From a virus, in IMG/VR virus record IMGVR_UViG_3300048014_000353, positions 64,001 to 128,000 of that record: DNA of 64,000 nucleotides; one strand, given 5' to 3'. Below the pieces are notes generated by a model. That model saw nothing but the letters and a program-made list of their open reading frames with translations. It was not told where the DNA came from and ran no database searches. A program made the position numbers and the translations under genes. How positions within the stretch are numbered: the first letter of the stretch is position 1; every line of letters begins with the position of its first letter. This document shows, in pieces, positions 46,372 through 56,178 of this stretch.

Positions 46372-47693
46372 CGATCAACATCACAGGCACGCTCGTCCCG
46401 GCCTCCGCGACGTTTGGGATCGCCAACGCGAGCGACCTCGTCGGGGGCTTTGCGTCCTACGCGAGCCCGAGCGCGATCGGCGCCATCGCGTCCGGGCGCC
46501 TCATCCTCGGCCAAGAAGCGTACGACCAGTCCACCGGCATTCTCTACCAGCTGACGAGCCTTACGCCCGGCGGCGGCTTCGCCAACGGGACGTGGATCCC
46601 GCTCGTCATTCCGAACGGCGGCGCGTGGTCGCCGGGCGTAGCGACGGTCGCGACCGCGAACATCACCCTCTCCGGTGAGCAGACGATCAACGGCGTCACG
46701 ACGTCGGCGTCGCGCGTGCTCGTCGTGGGGCAGAATTCGACGGCGGCCAACGGCCTCTACACGACCGGAACAGGCGCGTGGACATACACGAGCGACGCGA
46801 ACGTCGCGTCCGACTACATCCTCGGCAAGCAGGTCGCGGTTCTCGGCGGCACCTACGCCGGCACGATCTACGTCTGCAACGCGGTCCCGGCCACACTTGG
46901 CACGAACCCCGTCACGTTCGTCGCCAACGGCACGGGCGGCACCAGCTTCAACGCGGCAAGCCCGCCCCCCATCGGCAACGTCGCCCCCAGCACGGCCTTC
47001 TTCTCGCAGCTCACGCTGAGTGGCCCTGGTCTTTGGGCCAGCGGCGTCGCGCCGCTCGACGGATTTGTCTCCGCGGCCGTCACCGACTCCGGTACGGCGA
47101 CCACGCTTTCGGCCACGCAGTACAACGTCCGCACGATCGCGCTCACCGGGGCCTTGACGGCCGTGCGGACCGTCATCATCCCCACGCAGACCTCGTCGTC
47201 GTACGTGCCGTGGTGGTGGTTTCGAAACGCCTCCACGGGCGGATTTAGCATCACGATCTCCATCGGGTCGGGCGCGACCGTGTCGCTCGCGTCGGGCCAG
47301 ACGGCGATGTGCTGGACCGACGGCACGAACGTATACATCTCGGGCGGTGGTGCGGGCGGTAACACGCTCGTTGGCACGGCGAAGACCGCGGCGTTCACGG
47401 CTTCCGCCGGCAACGATTACAAGATCAACACGACCGGCGGGACCTTCACCGGCACGATGCCGGCGGTCACCGACGGCGCGATCATCTCGTTCATCGACAC
47501 CGAAGCGAGCTGCGGATCGTCCGCATTCAGCGTGACGGCCGCGGGCACGGACAAGGTGATGAGCCCCGCGACGATGACGCTCTCGAGCGCCGGCGGCACG
47601 GTCGTCTGCTTGAACCGCAACTCGCAGTCGGTCCAGTACGAGGGAATCGTGTCCGCGACGCTTGGCAACTACTGGTACCCGAGGAGCAACTGA
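46368..47693 (+). CDS. Tail fibre protein
   Basis: VATANITLSGEQTINGV...RVLVVGQ repeat; TAFTASAGNDYKINTTGGTFTGTMPA module. Confidence 0.75.
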   Translation: MTINITGTLVPASATFGIANASDLVGGFASYASPSAIGAIASGRLILGQEAYDQSTGILYQLTSLTPGGGFANGTWIPLVIPNGGAWSPGVATVATANITLSGEQTINGVTTSASRVLVVGQNSTAANGLYTTGTGAWTYTSDANVASDYILGKQVAVLGGTYAGTIYVCNAVPATLGTNPVTFVANGTGGTSFNAASPPPIGNVAPSTAFFSQLTLSGPGLWASGVAPLDGFVSAAVTDSGTATTLSATQYNVRTIALTGALTAVRTVIIPTQTSSSYVPWWWFRNASTGGFSITISIGSGATVSLASGQTAMCWTDGTNVYISGGGAGGNTLVGTAKTAAFTASAGNDYKINTTGGTFTGTMPAVTDGAIISFIDTEASCGSSAFSVTAAGTDKVMSPATMTLSSAGGTVVCLNRNSQSVQYEGIVSATLGNYWYPRSN

Positions 47694-48487
47694 TGCAACG
47701 CGTTGGACTCTACATCGTCATCGCGTGGGTCACGTGTGCGTCGATCCTCCTCTGCGTTCTTGGGCGTTGGGCATGGGTGACCGACCAGCGCGTGCAGGGC
47801 GCCGGCGCGGAGCCTCCGTGGCGCCTCGGGTCACGTCCAGACCCGACGGGGAACGGCTTCGTAACGACCGTGGGCGGCGAGCTCGCGGCGGCCGGACGAA
47901 ACATCGGTGCGGCCGACCTCGACGCGGCGCTTGCCTCGCCTCCGTGCGTGGGGTGCTCGGTGGCCAACAGCGTCGCGGCGACCTCCTTGTCGGTCGACGC
48001 CGGCGTCACGACCTGCGCGAGCTCGAACGCGCCCGTTCAGGACACCTGCGGGTGGTCGGCGATCACGACGGCCGGCTGGACCCTCGTGGACCAACAGGTC
48101 GCTCCGCCCGCGAACACCTACCAGACTTGGAACACCAAGGTCACCCTCGGTGAAACGACGACCGGCGGGAACGTGACCGGCAACCACTTCGACTCTTTCA
48201 TCACGTTCACTGCATTCACGCTTGTGGACGGCGGCACCTACCTCGTTCCGCAGGGCGGCGCGGCGACACCCACCAAGGTGGCGAGCTTGTCCGTGGTTTC
48301 GGGCACGGGCTGCGCGGGCTGCGTCTACGGGACCGGGTGCACGTGCGGCAATACGACGGGGCTCTTCACCTACGAGGCCATCGTGGACGGCGGATACATC
48401 CAGCTGCAGGTCGAGCAAGCAACCTACGACGCGAGCAGCAACTACTATGCTCGGGCGTCGGTAGACACTCCGGTGCTGCTGCCGTGA
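47693..48487 (+). CDS. Signal-anchored Cys-containing protein
   Basis: N-terminal hydrophobic helix LYIVIAWVTCASILLCVL; TGATG coupling. Confidence 0.65.
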   Translation: MQRVGLYIVIAWVTCASILLCVLGRWAWVTDQRVQGAGAEPPWRLGSRPDPTGNGFVTTVGGELAAAGRNIGAADLDAALASPPCVGCSVANSVAATSLSVDAGVTTCASSNAPVQDTCGWSAITTAGWTLVDQQVAPPANTYQTWNTKVTLGETTTGGNVTGNHFDSFITFTAFTLVDGGTYLVPQGGAATPTKVASLSVVSGTGCAGCVYGTGCTCGNTTGLFTYEAIVDGGYIQLQVEQATYDASSNYYARASVDTPVLLP

Positions 48488-50781
48488 GTACGCGAAGCCT
48501 CAGGGCGGCATGGGCAGCGCTCCTTACCCTCCTAGGTCTCTTCGGGGCGGGGGCGGCCGCGGGAGTCGTGTGCGAAGCGACGGCGCCCGCGGTCCACCCC
48601 CACGTCGTCCTCGAGCGGGCACACGACCAGCGCCGCGGCTATCGCGTCCTCGCGAGCGCGATCGACGTCTTCGTTCCGAAGGCGCAAGCGTTTCCGTACG
48701 GCACGATGATCCAGCCCGCGGCCACGGCGATGAACGTGACCTCGTTGAGCAGCGTGCTCAACACGGGAGGCAGCTCCTACGGTCTGGGCACGAGCATCGG
48801 GTGCCCGGTCACCGCGACCCTGTACCAGAACGGTTCGATCGTTCTTTCCGGACTCACCGTCGTCGCGTGCACGTCCACCACGTTCCAGCTCACGATTCCG
48901 CCCTTGGCGGCGGGACTCTACGACCTGTTCTTTGCGGGTGCGGGGGGCAGCTGGGTCTTCAATCCAGGCCAGCTCTCCGTTACGACGGCGAACAACCCTT
49001 CGACGATCGTGGGCGCCATTCTTCGCGCCGACTGGCCCGCGAAGTCGAACTACTGCGGCGGCACCTCCGCGTGCACGACGACCGGCCAGACGATCACCTC
49101 CATCGTCGATACGAGCGGCAACGGCAACACGTGCGTCCCGGTGGGGTCGCCCACTGTGGACATGAATTCGCCGTACTCGCGGATGCCCAACATCCAGACG
49201 ATGGCGTTCTCGGCGGCATCGTCTCAGTATTGCTCGGTCTCGTCGTTCAGCCTCGGGACGACGAACAAGCTCTACGTGATGGGCGCGTATTTCGTGCGCG
49301 GCACCACGGGCGCGAACCAGGCCCTCTCCGCCACGGCTTCCGGCGGACAGGAATTCTACGTCGCCGGGAGCACTGGCTACGCGGCCGCCTACAATAACGG
49401 CGGCGGGCTCACGCTCACCGATTCCTCGGCGAGCCGCTACAGCACGAACATCGTCTACTACGGCGGCGTCGACGCGTCGGGTTCGAACTACGTCCCGCTG
49501 CTCAACGTGAACGCGACCGGCGCGCTCACGACGAGTGGCGGCTCCTCCCCTTCGATCCCAAATAACTCCGCTTTCGCGATGGGCGCGGTTCCAGGCGGCG
49601 GCTCGTATTTCAACGGGGAGATCTGCGAAGAGATCGTGATGAACGCGGCGCCGACGTCGACGCAGCTTTCGCAGCTCTATTCGTACTTCAACGGGTCTTG
49701 CGGCATGGTCGGTCCCCCCGTGTTCGTAGGGATGACGACCGTCCAAGCCCTGACCGCGAACGCGCCGGCCAACATCGCGGTGACCGGAGTAATGGGAACG
49801 CCCACGGTCGCCGCGAACATCGGCGGCACCTCGACGCCGCTCACGGTGGTGGCGAGCGGAAGCACGTGGATCCAAGTGCAGGTCCCGAGCACGGCCGTCG
49901 GGACGTACGACATCACGGTGACCAACCCGATCGGAGCCGGCGCGACACAAGCGAACGCCATGTCTGTGAGCGCGGGGACGCCGACCCCCGAGATGTGTCT
50001 CGGAGCGAACCTCATCGCATGGTCCGAGGGGGTTCCAACCTGCAACGGGAGTCCATGCCTCGGGGGTAGCCTTGTCTCGGCGTGGCCCGACCTCTCTCAG
50101 TTGGGCAACACGTGGGTCCAAGCGACGGGGGCTGACCAACCCCTGGTCAACAGCCTCGCCGACTCGAACTTCAACGGGTATCCCTCGCTGTCATTCGGCG
50201 GTTCGCCGCAGCAGATGCAGATCGCGAGCTGGACGATCCCCGGCACTCCGACGGCGACCTACGCCTGGATGGTGGCTCGGCTTGGGTCCCTAGGGATTCA
50301 GGTGCTCTTCGACTTCGCGATCGCCGGGAGCGTCCAGGTCCAATACAACACGTCGGCCGGCGTACGCGAGGTCTACAACTCGACGACCGCTCCGTACGGC
50401 ATCCTTACGACCGCGCTGACTCACTTCCTCGTGGGGCGTACGTCGGGGACGGGGACAGCGACGCTCGGGATGAACGTCGACAACGGTACCGAAGCCACCA
50501 ACACGGTGTCGGCCACGCCGGCCTACGGATCGCCAAGCACGAGCTACCTAGGGTCGAGCGGGGGCTCCAACTACGGGACGTTCACGATCGCGATGATCGC
50601 CGTCTCGGGCGGCACGTCGCCGAACATTTCGTGCATGAACACGTACGTCCAGAAGTTCGGAGCGGGGCTCAACATATCCGGCGAGCGCCCCGCGAACGAC
50701 AATGGGCGATTCGTCGCGATGGGACTGGCCGCACTCGCCGTTGCGGTTCGTCGAAGGAAGGCGGTGAAGCGTGCAGCCTGA
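48484..50781 (+). CDS. Exported LamG/concanavalin-like and IPT/TIG-like protein with C-terminal TM plus basic tail
   Basis: GTG coupled start; signal helix; two DTSGNGN/DLSQLGN lectin-like domains; GTYDITVTNP; C-terminus FVAMGLAALAVAVRRRK. Confidence 0.7.
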   Translation: MSTRSLRAAWAALLTLLGLFGAGAAAGVVCEATAPAVHPHVVLERAHDQRRGYRVLASAIDVFVPKAQAFPYGTMIQPAATAMNVTSLSSVLNTGGSSYGLGTSIGCPVTATLYQNGSIVLSGLTVVACTSTTFQLTIPPLAAGLYDLFFAGAGGSWVFNPGQLSVTTANNPSTIVGAILRADWPAKSNYCGGTSACTTTGQTITSIVDTSGNGNTCVPVGSPTVDMNSPYSRMPNIQTMAFSAASSQYCSVSSFSLGTTNKLYVMGAYFVRGTTGANQALSATASGGQEFYVAGSTGYAAAYNNGGGLTLTDSSASRYSTNIVYYGGVDASGSNYVPLLNVNATGALTTSGGSSPSIPNNSAFAMGAVPGGGSYFNGEICEEIVMNAAPTSTQLSQLYSYFNGSCGMVGPPVFVGMTTVQALTANAPANIAVTGVMGTPTVAANIGGTSTPLTVVASGSTWIQVQVPSTAVGTYDITVTNPIGAGATQANAMSVSAGTPTPEMCLGANLIAWSEGVPTCNGSPCLGGSLVSAWPDLSQLGNTWVQATGADQPLVNSLADSNFNGYPSLSFGGSPQQMQIASWTIPGTPTATYAWMVARLGSLGIQVLFDFAIAGSVQVQYNTSAGVREVYNSTTAPYGILTTALTHFLVGRTSGTGTATLGMNVDNGTEATNTVSATPAYGSPSTSYLGSSGGSNYGTFTIAMIAVSGGTSPNISCMNTYVQKFGAGLNISGERPANDNGRFVAMGLAALAVAVRRRKAVKRAA

Positions 50782-51403
50782 GAAGAGACGAGCGGTCATC
50801 GCGGCGTGTGCCGGACTCCTACTGGTTCTTAGTACGGTCGTTCTCGTGCTGACTACGCGCGACGCCAAACCGAACGCCGAAGCGGGAGGCCCGGTGCGCG
50901 TTGCGGAGACGTACCGCACTGGACTCGACGCCGGAGCGGACGTCTCCCACTACATCCTATTTCAGACGGATGCGGGATCGATCGGCGGAGCGGCGCTGGC
51001 CCTTCTCCGTCGCGCCGACCTCGATCTCATCCCCGAGGGGGGCATCCCATCCTACCTCCCAGACGGGACGATCGATCCCTCGCATCCGACGCTGCACGAA
51101 CTGGACATCCTCGCGAACTGCTACGTCCCAGGGGAGTACGCGATCGTCCTGCGGACCAACCAGTTGCGAAACGACCTCGCATGGGCTCAAGCGCTACTCG
51201 CGCGCTGCCAGGGCATCGTGGACGCCGGACAGGCAACCGGCAACGAGGCGGCGTGCCTCGCGGTGGTCACGGCGACCGTGACGCTGACACTCCCCGCGCG
51301 CTGGGCAGCGGACGGTGGTGCGTGCTGGTGGTGGCCGACCGACGGGGGGGTCCCAATGCCGCCCCCACTCCCCGCCGACCTCTACGACGGTGCGACGCCC
51401 TAG
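50771..51403 (+). CDS. Signal-anchored Cys-containing protein
   Basis: N-terminal TM; DAG/DGG motifs. Confidence 0.6.
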   Translation: MQPEKRRAVIAACAGLLLVLSTVVLVLTTRDAKPNAEAGGPVRVAETYRTGLDAGADVSHYILFQTDAGSIGGAALALLRRADLDLIPEGGIPSYLPDGTIDPSHPTLHELDILANCYVPGEYAIVLRTNQLRNDLAWAQALLARCQGIVDAGQATGNEAACLAVVTATVTLTLPARWAADGGACWWWPTDGGVPMPPPLPADLYDGATP

Positions 51404-51475
51404 GGGGCACCAGAACGCGAGGAGGTCATTGGTCTTTGTCATCGCCTTGAGTCCGCGTCGTGAGGCGGAGCCAAC

Positions 51476-52087
51476 ATGAACGAAGTCGAACGTGACGCGG
51501 CGATCGCTGCACTTCCCGAGATCCTCGATCACCTCAAGACCATCAAAGCCAACACCACACTCACCGCGGAAGAGGTCAAGCGCCACGGCGCACGTCTTAC
51601 CCATCTGGAGGAGGACGTGCAGGGCCTGAGGGCCAGCGTGACCACGCTCGAGCAGGAGGTCCGCGCGGGCGTGAACCTTTCCAATGCGGTCGAGGCACCC
51701 ACCGCGGTGGAGCCGTTGCCCTCACCGCTCCCGCCGACATCGGCGGTCCTGGCCCCGATGCGCGCTCCAAGCCGCAGCGTCACGAGCGAGGTGCGGGAGA
51801 GCCTCCGCGCGACCGAGATGGAGACCAAGGCGCAGACGCCGATGCTCCGTCAGATCCTCACCGGTCAGCAGGGGTCCAATGCTCGTCAGGCCGTGAGCGT
51901 GTTCGTGGGCATGACCCTCGCGGTCGCCGTTGCGAACCTCGTCACCTGGTGCCAGCCGGCGATGCCTGCGTCGCCCTTCCGGCAGAACCCCCCGCAGGTG
52001 GCTCCCGCGCCGCGCACGTACGCGCCGCCGCCCGCCGAACTGCCCGCGCCCGCGCCCATTCCGCTGCCGTCACCGCCCACGCGGTGA
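51476..52087 (+). CDS. Coiled-coil protein with a C-terminal TM helix
   Basis: GGAG RBS; heptads followed by VSVFVGMTLAVAVANL. Confidence 0.65.
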   Translation: MNEVERDAAIAALPEILDHLKTIKANTTLTAEEVKRHGARLTHLEEDVQGLRASVTTLEQEVRAGVNLSNAVEAPTAVEPLPSPLPPTSAVLAPMRAPSRSVTSEVRESLRATEMETKAQTPMLRQILTGQQGSNARQAVSVFVGMTLAVAVANLVTWCQPAMPASPFRQNPPQVAPAPRTYAPPPAELPAPAPIPLPSPPTR

Positions 52088-52151
52088 GGTCTCGTCGCGC
52101 GCTCCGTCGAGCGCGCGTCGCGTCTCCGTAACCCGAACCAAGGACAACCCC

Positions 52152-52931
52152 ATGCTCCGAACGAACGCTGTGCGCGTGCGTGACGCCGCCGTGCGTCTTT
52201 TGCCGAACCGTAGCGAGATCTCGCTCACGGTGATGAGCTTCCTGGCGCTCTCGACCATGATCATCTTCAGCCGTGTGGCCTTCGCGCAGCAGGTGGCGCC
52301 GCCCGCCGCCCTCGCGACCGGCACGCCGATCATGCTCTGGGCGAGCGTCGCCGGCATCCTCGTGCACGCGGCCATGAGCCTCGTGGCCCCCGGCACCCCC
52401 ACGCCGTGGAATCTCCCGGCCAGCACGCGCTTTTACCTCGGCGCGGCGCTCAGCGCACTGTCGGGGCTCGCGAGCCTCCTGCAGACCGGCGCCACGGTCC
52501 AGAGCGCGCTCCTCACGTCGCTCGGAACCCTCATCGCCGCGCTCGTCGCCCACGCCCCGCAGCTCGCCGCGAAGGACGAGCCCCGTCCGGGCAACGGTGG
52601 CGGCGGTACGCTCGGCGCGCTCAGCGCGGGTGCGCTCCTGGCGGCAGTCGCGATCGGCGCTTCGGGGTGCACGGCGGCGCAGTCGGCCAACGACCAGAAG
52701 ACCGCCAACTCGGTCCTCTCGGGGCTCCAGCAGGCGTGCGTCGACGCCGAGATGCTCGCGCCAGTCCTCGATCCGTCGCTCTCCGCGACGGACCTCGCCA
52801 CGATCAAGACCACGTGCGGACTCGAGGCCTTCGCCGACAGCGTCATTCAGCAAGCCGAAGCCCTCTTCGCCGCTCAGCCCGCCGTCGCCGCGCAGATGAA
52901 GAAGGTCGCGGCCGCCAAGGCCCACAAGTGA
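52152..52931 (+). CDS. Multi-pass membrane protein (holin-like) with an internal lipobox-like segment
   Basis: AAGGA RBS before ATG 52152; about four hydrophobic helices, then ALLAAVAIGASG|C. Confidence 0.6.
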   Translation: MLRTNAVRVRDAAVRLLPNRSEISLTVMSFLALSTMIIFSRVAFAQQVAPPAALATGTPIMLWASVAGILVHAAMSLVAPGTPTPWNLPASTRFYLGAALSALSGLASLLQTGATVQSALLTSLGTLIAALVAHAPQLAAKDEPRPGNGGGGTLGALSAGALLAAVAIGASGCTAAQSANDQKTANSVLSGLQQACVDAEMLAPVLDPSLSATDLATIKTTCGLEAFADSVIQQAEALFAAQPAVAAQMKKVAAAKAHK

Positions 52932-53221
52932 ACCGCCCCCTGTCGGACGCGTGGTTCGTCCTTGGCGCGCTCGTCGCTCTCTCGCCGGTGCTCTTCGCGT
53001 GCGGGGGCGAGAAGTGGCTGCCGGCGGACACGGCGAGCGCGACGGTCGCCGTGCGCGCCGAAGTGCGCGTCGAGGAGATCTGCGCGGCCGACGGGGGCTC
53101 GTGTGACCCGGCCCTGGTGCGCGCGCTCGTGCGCATGCCGCTCTGCGAGCACGCCTCGATGCTCGCGCACCACGGGCAGACGGTCCCCGACTTGCGAGGT
53201 GTCGCGTGCCAGCCGAAATGA
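52928..53221 (+). CDS. Lipoprotein
   Basis: GTG coupled start; LSPVLFA|CGG. Confidence 0.6.
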   Translation: MNRPLSDAWFVLGALVALSPVLFACGGEKWLPADTASATVAVRAEVRVEEICAADGGSCDPALVRALVRMPLCEHASMLAHHGQTVPDLRGVACQPK

Positions 53222-53493
53222 GATTCGACGAGAGCGTCGTCGCCCAGCACTTCGCCGAGCTCTCGACGCTCACGGGCATGACGCAGCAGGAGTTCGCGGA
53301 CTTCGAACGGCTCTTGCCCGCCGATCAGGCGCTCGTCGTCGAGGGCATGCGCGTGCAGGTGTGGACCCGCGGAGGCGCAAGCGCGCTGCCGAGGATTCTC
53401 GCCATCTTGCAGGTCTTGGCGACGGTCGCGGGCGTGGTGACGGGCGTGAGCGGAGCCATCAGTGCGGTCAACGCGCTCCGAGGGGTGCTCTAG
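53218..53493 (+). CDS. Small protein with C-terminal TM
   Basis: ATGA coupling; LPRILAILQVLATVAGVVTGV. Confidence 0.6.
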   Translation: MRFDESVVAQHFAELSTLTGMTQQEFADFERLLPADQALVVEGMRVQVWTRGGASALPRILAILQVLATVAGVVTGVSGAISAVNALRGVL

Positions 53494-53859
53494 ATGAAGC
53501 TGAAACCCGTCCGATCCACCTACGGCGATCCCTACGGTCACTCGTTCTACTGCCCCGGGTGCAAGGAGTCGCACACGATTCCGACCGTGGGGGATCATGC
53601 CTGGGGATTCAACGGCGACGTTGAGACCCCGACGTTCACCCCCTCGATTCGCGTGTCGTACACGTACGGCGCCGAGCGCATCGAGGTCGTCTGCCACTCG
53701 TTCGTCGAGAGCGGCAAGATTCGTTTCCTTCACGACTGCACGCACGCGTTGCGGGGGCAGACCGTGGAGCTCCCGCAATGGGACGAGAGCCAGTTCGAGG
53801 GCGGCCCCGACGAGGGACCGCGCGCCCTCGCGCTGAAGGCTCTCCTCGCAGATCAATGA
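53494..53859 (+). CDS. DUF6527-like Cys/His protein
   Basis: FYCPGC...WGFNGD...PTFTPSI...CHSFV..G.I.FL.DCTH.L.GQTV. Confidence 0.75.
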   Translation: MKLKPVRSTYGDPYGHSFYCPGCKESHTIPTVGDHAWGFNGDVETPTFTPSIRVSYTYGAERIEVVCHSFVESGKIRFLHDCTHALRGQTVELPQWDESQFEGGPDEGPRALALKALLADQ

Positions 53860-53877
53860 CCTTCCGGAGATTGACCC

Positions 53878-54402
53878 ATGGGTGACTTTCGACTCGAAGT
53901 AGACGCGACCGGCGGACACGGATGCGACCGCGACGCCCATGAAGGGGAAATCGTCCGCGCGTGTGGCCGGCAGGGGTGCCCCGACTGCGAATTCCGGCGC
54001 TTCCTCGCGCAGCCGACGGTGATCGGCACGCTCCGCAGCGCCAAGCTCGTGCACTGGCCGGGGCAGACCTGTGAGGTCGTCGACGAGTACAGGCCGGTCT
54101 ACTACGTCGGCAGCTCCTCGCCGTACATCGAAGCGCGGCGCGTGAAAGGCTCGTTCAAAGCGCCGCCTGCCCCGGCGCCGTCCCCCGAGGTTCCCCCGCC
54201 GGACGTCATCGCCGAACCGGTGAGCGCCCAGCCGCTCGAGACCGCGCCGACCGACCCATCGCCGGCGCTCCTTGCCGAAGCGGCCCCCGCGGCGGCCCCC
54301 GCGCTCAACGGAGATGAGACCGGCAACTCTGCGCCGGGCGTCGCGATCGTCATCGCTGACGCCGCACTCCCCGCTCCTGAGGAGCCCAAGCCGTCGCCGT
54401 GA
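53878..54402 (+). CDS. Hypothetical protein with Cys cluster and Pro/Ala tail
   Basis: GHGC...CGRQGCPDC; coupled to the next gene. Confidence 0.6.
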   Translation: MGDFRLEVDATGGHGCDRDAHEGEIVRACGRQGCPDCEFRRFLAQPTVIGTLRSAKLVHWPGQTCEVVDEYRPVYYVGSSSPYIEARRVKGSFKAPPAPAPSPEVPPPDVIAEPVSAQPLETAPTDPSPALLAEAAPAAAPALNGDETGNSAPGVAIVIADAALPAPEEPKPSP

Positions 54403-54732
54403 GCTGGAGCTGCGTCCTTGTGGACGTGACGCGCAAGACGCCGGAGGAGCGCATGCGGCTCCCGGTCGGAGCGATGTACTTCGCGCCCTGGCTTCTTGCG
54501 CGGCAGTCCGGTCTTTCCCGACAGTACCTGCGCGATTGGATGGGCAAGCGCGCCCCCATCGTGCTCTGCCTGCCGGGTGCGGGGCTTCACTGCCTGGATC
54601 GGGAGTGGTATCCGTACGTCACTCGGCATCGGCCAGCGCCCCGAAGGCGGGTGGCTCTATCACGGCTGGCTGAAGGCCGGCGTCCTGTCCGACGACCTCG
54701 ACGGGCGTACCTATCCGCCGCGTGTCGATTGA
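54399..54732 (+). pseudogene. Apparently frameshifted DUF6527-related gene
   Basis: N-half (LPVGAMYFAPW...LCLPG) in one frame; C-half (LYHGWLKAGVLSDD) in the +1 frame from about 54610. Confidence 0.45.
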
Positions 54733-54767
54733 GTACCGATTGCGGGCCCCTGGTCGAATCGGGTTAG

Positions 54768-54941
54768 GTGAGCGTGGAGAGGGACACGCTCACCCCCATG
54801 TTCGACTTCCCGGATTCGGAGGGGGCACGCACGGAGACACGCGCGCACATGCGCGGCCTGGCGCGCGCGAGCGTGTGGGCCGTCGTCGGTCTTGTTCTCG
54901 CTCTCGCGCTCTACGCCTTCCTCTCCCGAGGGACCCCATGA
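54768..54941 (+). CDS. Small membrane protein
   Basis: GTG start, WAVVGLVLALALYAFL helix, stop overlaps the protease ATG. Confidence 0.5.
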   Translation: MSVERDTLTPMFDFPDSEGARTETRAHMRGLARASVWAVVGLVLALALYAFLSRGTP

Positions 54942-55870
54942 CGACTGCCGCATACGAAGCGATCTCCCGCCAGCACGCCGCCGGCGTGACCCACATCAAC
55001 GGCCGTGGTCTTGGAGGACGCCCCGACCATGCGTCGCGCGCGCCGATGTACGGCGCGGCGCGCACGCTCATCGGCGACTCGCCAGCCCCCAACGGGAGCG
55101 CGTCGCTCGCGCGGTACGAATGCGCCTGCCTCGACCAGGGGCAGACGGGGAGCTGCACGGGGCACGGAACCGTCCAGGCGCTCGCCTGTTCGCGCGCACT
55201 CTCGTTCGTGGCGTCGCCCAACGGGATCTACTGCGGCATCCGGTGCGAGGAGCGGACTCCGGGCCCCAACGGCGTCCTTCCGCCGCTCACGGACTCGGGC
55301 GGGATGCCCGCCGACATCGTGACCGTGCTGCAGAAGATCGGGGTGCGCCCGATCCAGGCGCCAACCGCCGACGGGCGCTACAGCGACGTCGATCCGGCCA
55401 CGGTCAACAACGAGCCGGAGCTCAACGATCTCGCTACCGCAGCGATGACGGTCGAGACTGGCGCGTACCTCATCGACTTCACGGCGCCGAACGCGTCCGA
55501 CCAGATCGCCGCCGCGCTCGACGCCGGCTACGCGATCGGCATCGCAGTCTTCGTGGACTCGGCGTTCGAAGCGTGGGGGTCCAACTGGACCCCGACGACC
55601 GCGCCGGTCAACGACGTGAACCTCAATGACCCGAACGGCGGGGGGCACTGGATGTGCCTCAACGAGTACACGTCCATCAACGGCGTGCGCGTGTTCGCGG
55701 GGATCAATTCGTGGTCGACCAGCTGGGGCGCACCCGCGATGGTCGATCCGGCAAACTGCCCGAACGCGGGCGGTCACTACCGCGTGACCGAGGCATGGCT
55801 CCTGAAAGCCTGCGCCCAGGCGGTCATCTTCCAGTTCGGCGCGGTCGCGTCGAAGAAAGCGGCGGTCTGA
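54938..55870 (+). CDS. Papain-like (C1) cysteine peptidase
   Basis: DQGQTGSCTGHG (oxyanion Gln and catalytic Cys), GGHWM (His), INSWSTSWG (Asn). Confidence 0.9.
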   Translation: MTTAAYEAISRQHAAGVTHINGRGLGGRPDHASRAPMYGAARTLIGDSPAPNGSASLARYECACLDQGQTGSCTGHGTVQALACSRALSFVASPNGIYCGIRCEERTPGPNGVLPPLTDSGGMPADIVTVLQKIGVRPIQAPTADGRYSDVDPATVNNEPELNDLATAAMTVETGAYLIDFTAPNASDQIAAALDAGYAIGIAVFVDSAFEAWGSNWTPTTAPVNDVNLNDPNGGGHWMCLNEYTSINGVRVFAGINSWSTSWGAPAMVDPANCPNAGGHYRVTEAWLLKACAQAVIFQFGAVASKKAAV

Positions 55871-56178
55871 TGCGAACGCTCCTCGCTCTCCTTTGCGCGG
55901 CCGCCACCATCGCGTGCTGCAAGCCGACTCCAACGACGCTCGCGGGCCCCGCGGCCGCAGGCGACGGCGGCCCGACGCCCGCGTCGTTCGCCGATGAGGG
56001 CACGGCCGTGTGCGCGCATCTCTCGGCCATCGGGTGCGCGATGCCAGCGACCTGCGTGCAGGTGTTCCACGACGACCAGGGGAAGCTCACGGACTTCAAG
56101 CCCGCGTGCCTCCTGGCCGCCGCGACGCCCGCCGCCGCGAACGCGTGCGGAACCCTTCGCTGTCCGGTGACCCCATGA
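55870..56178 (+). CDS. Cys-rich lipoprotein
   Basis: MRTLLALLCAAATIA|C; six-Cys C-terminal domain. Confidence 0.7.
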   Translation: MRTLLALLCAAATIACCKPTPTTLAGPAAAGDGGPTPASFADEGTAVCAHLSAIGCAMPATCVQVFHDDQGKLTDFKPACLLAAATPAAANACGTLRCPVTP

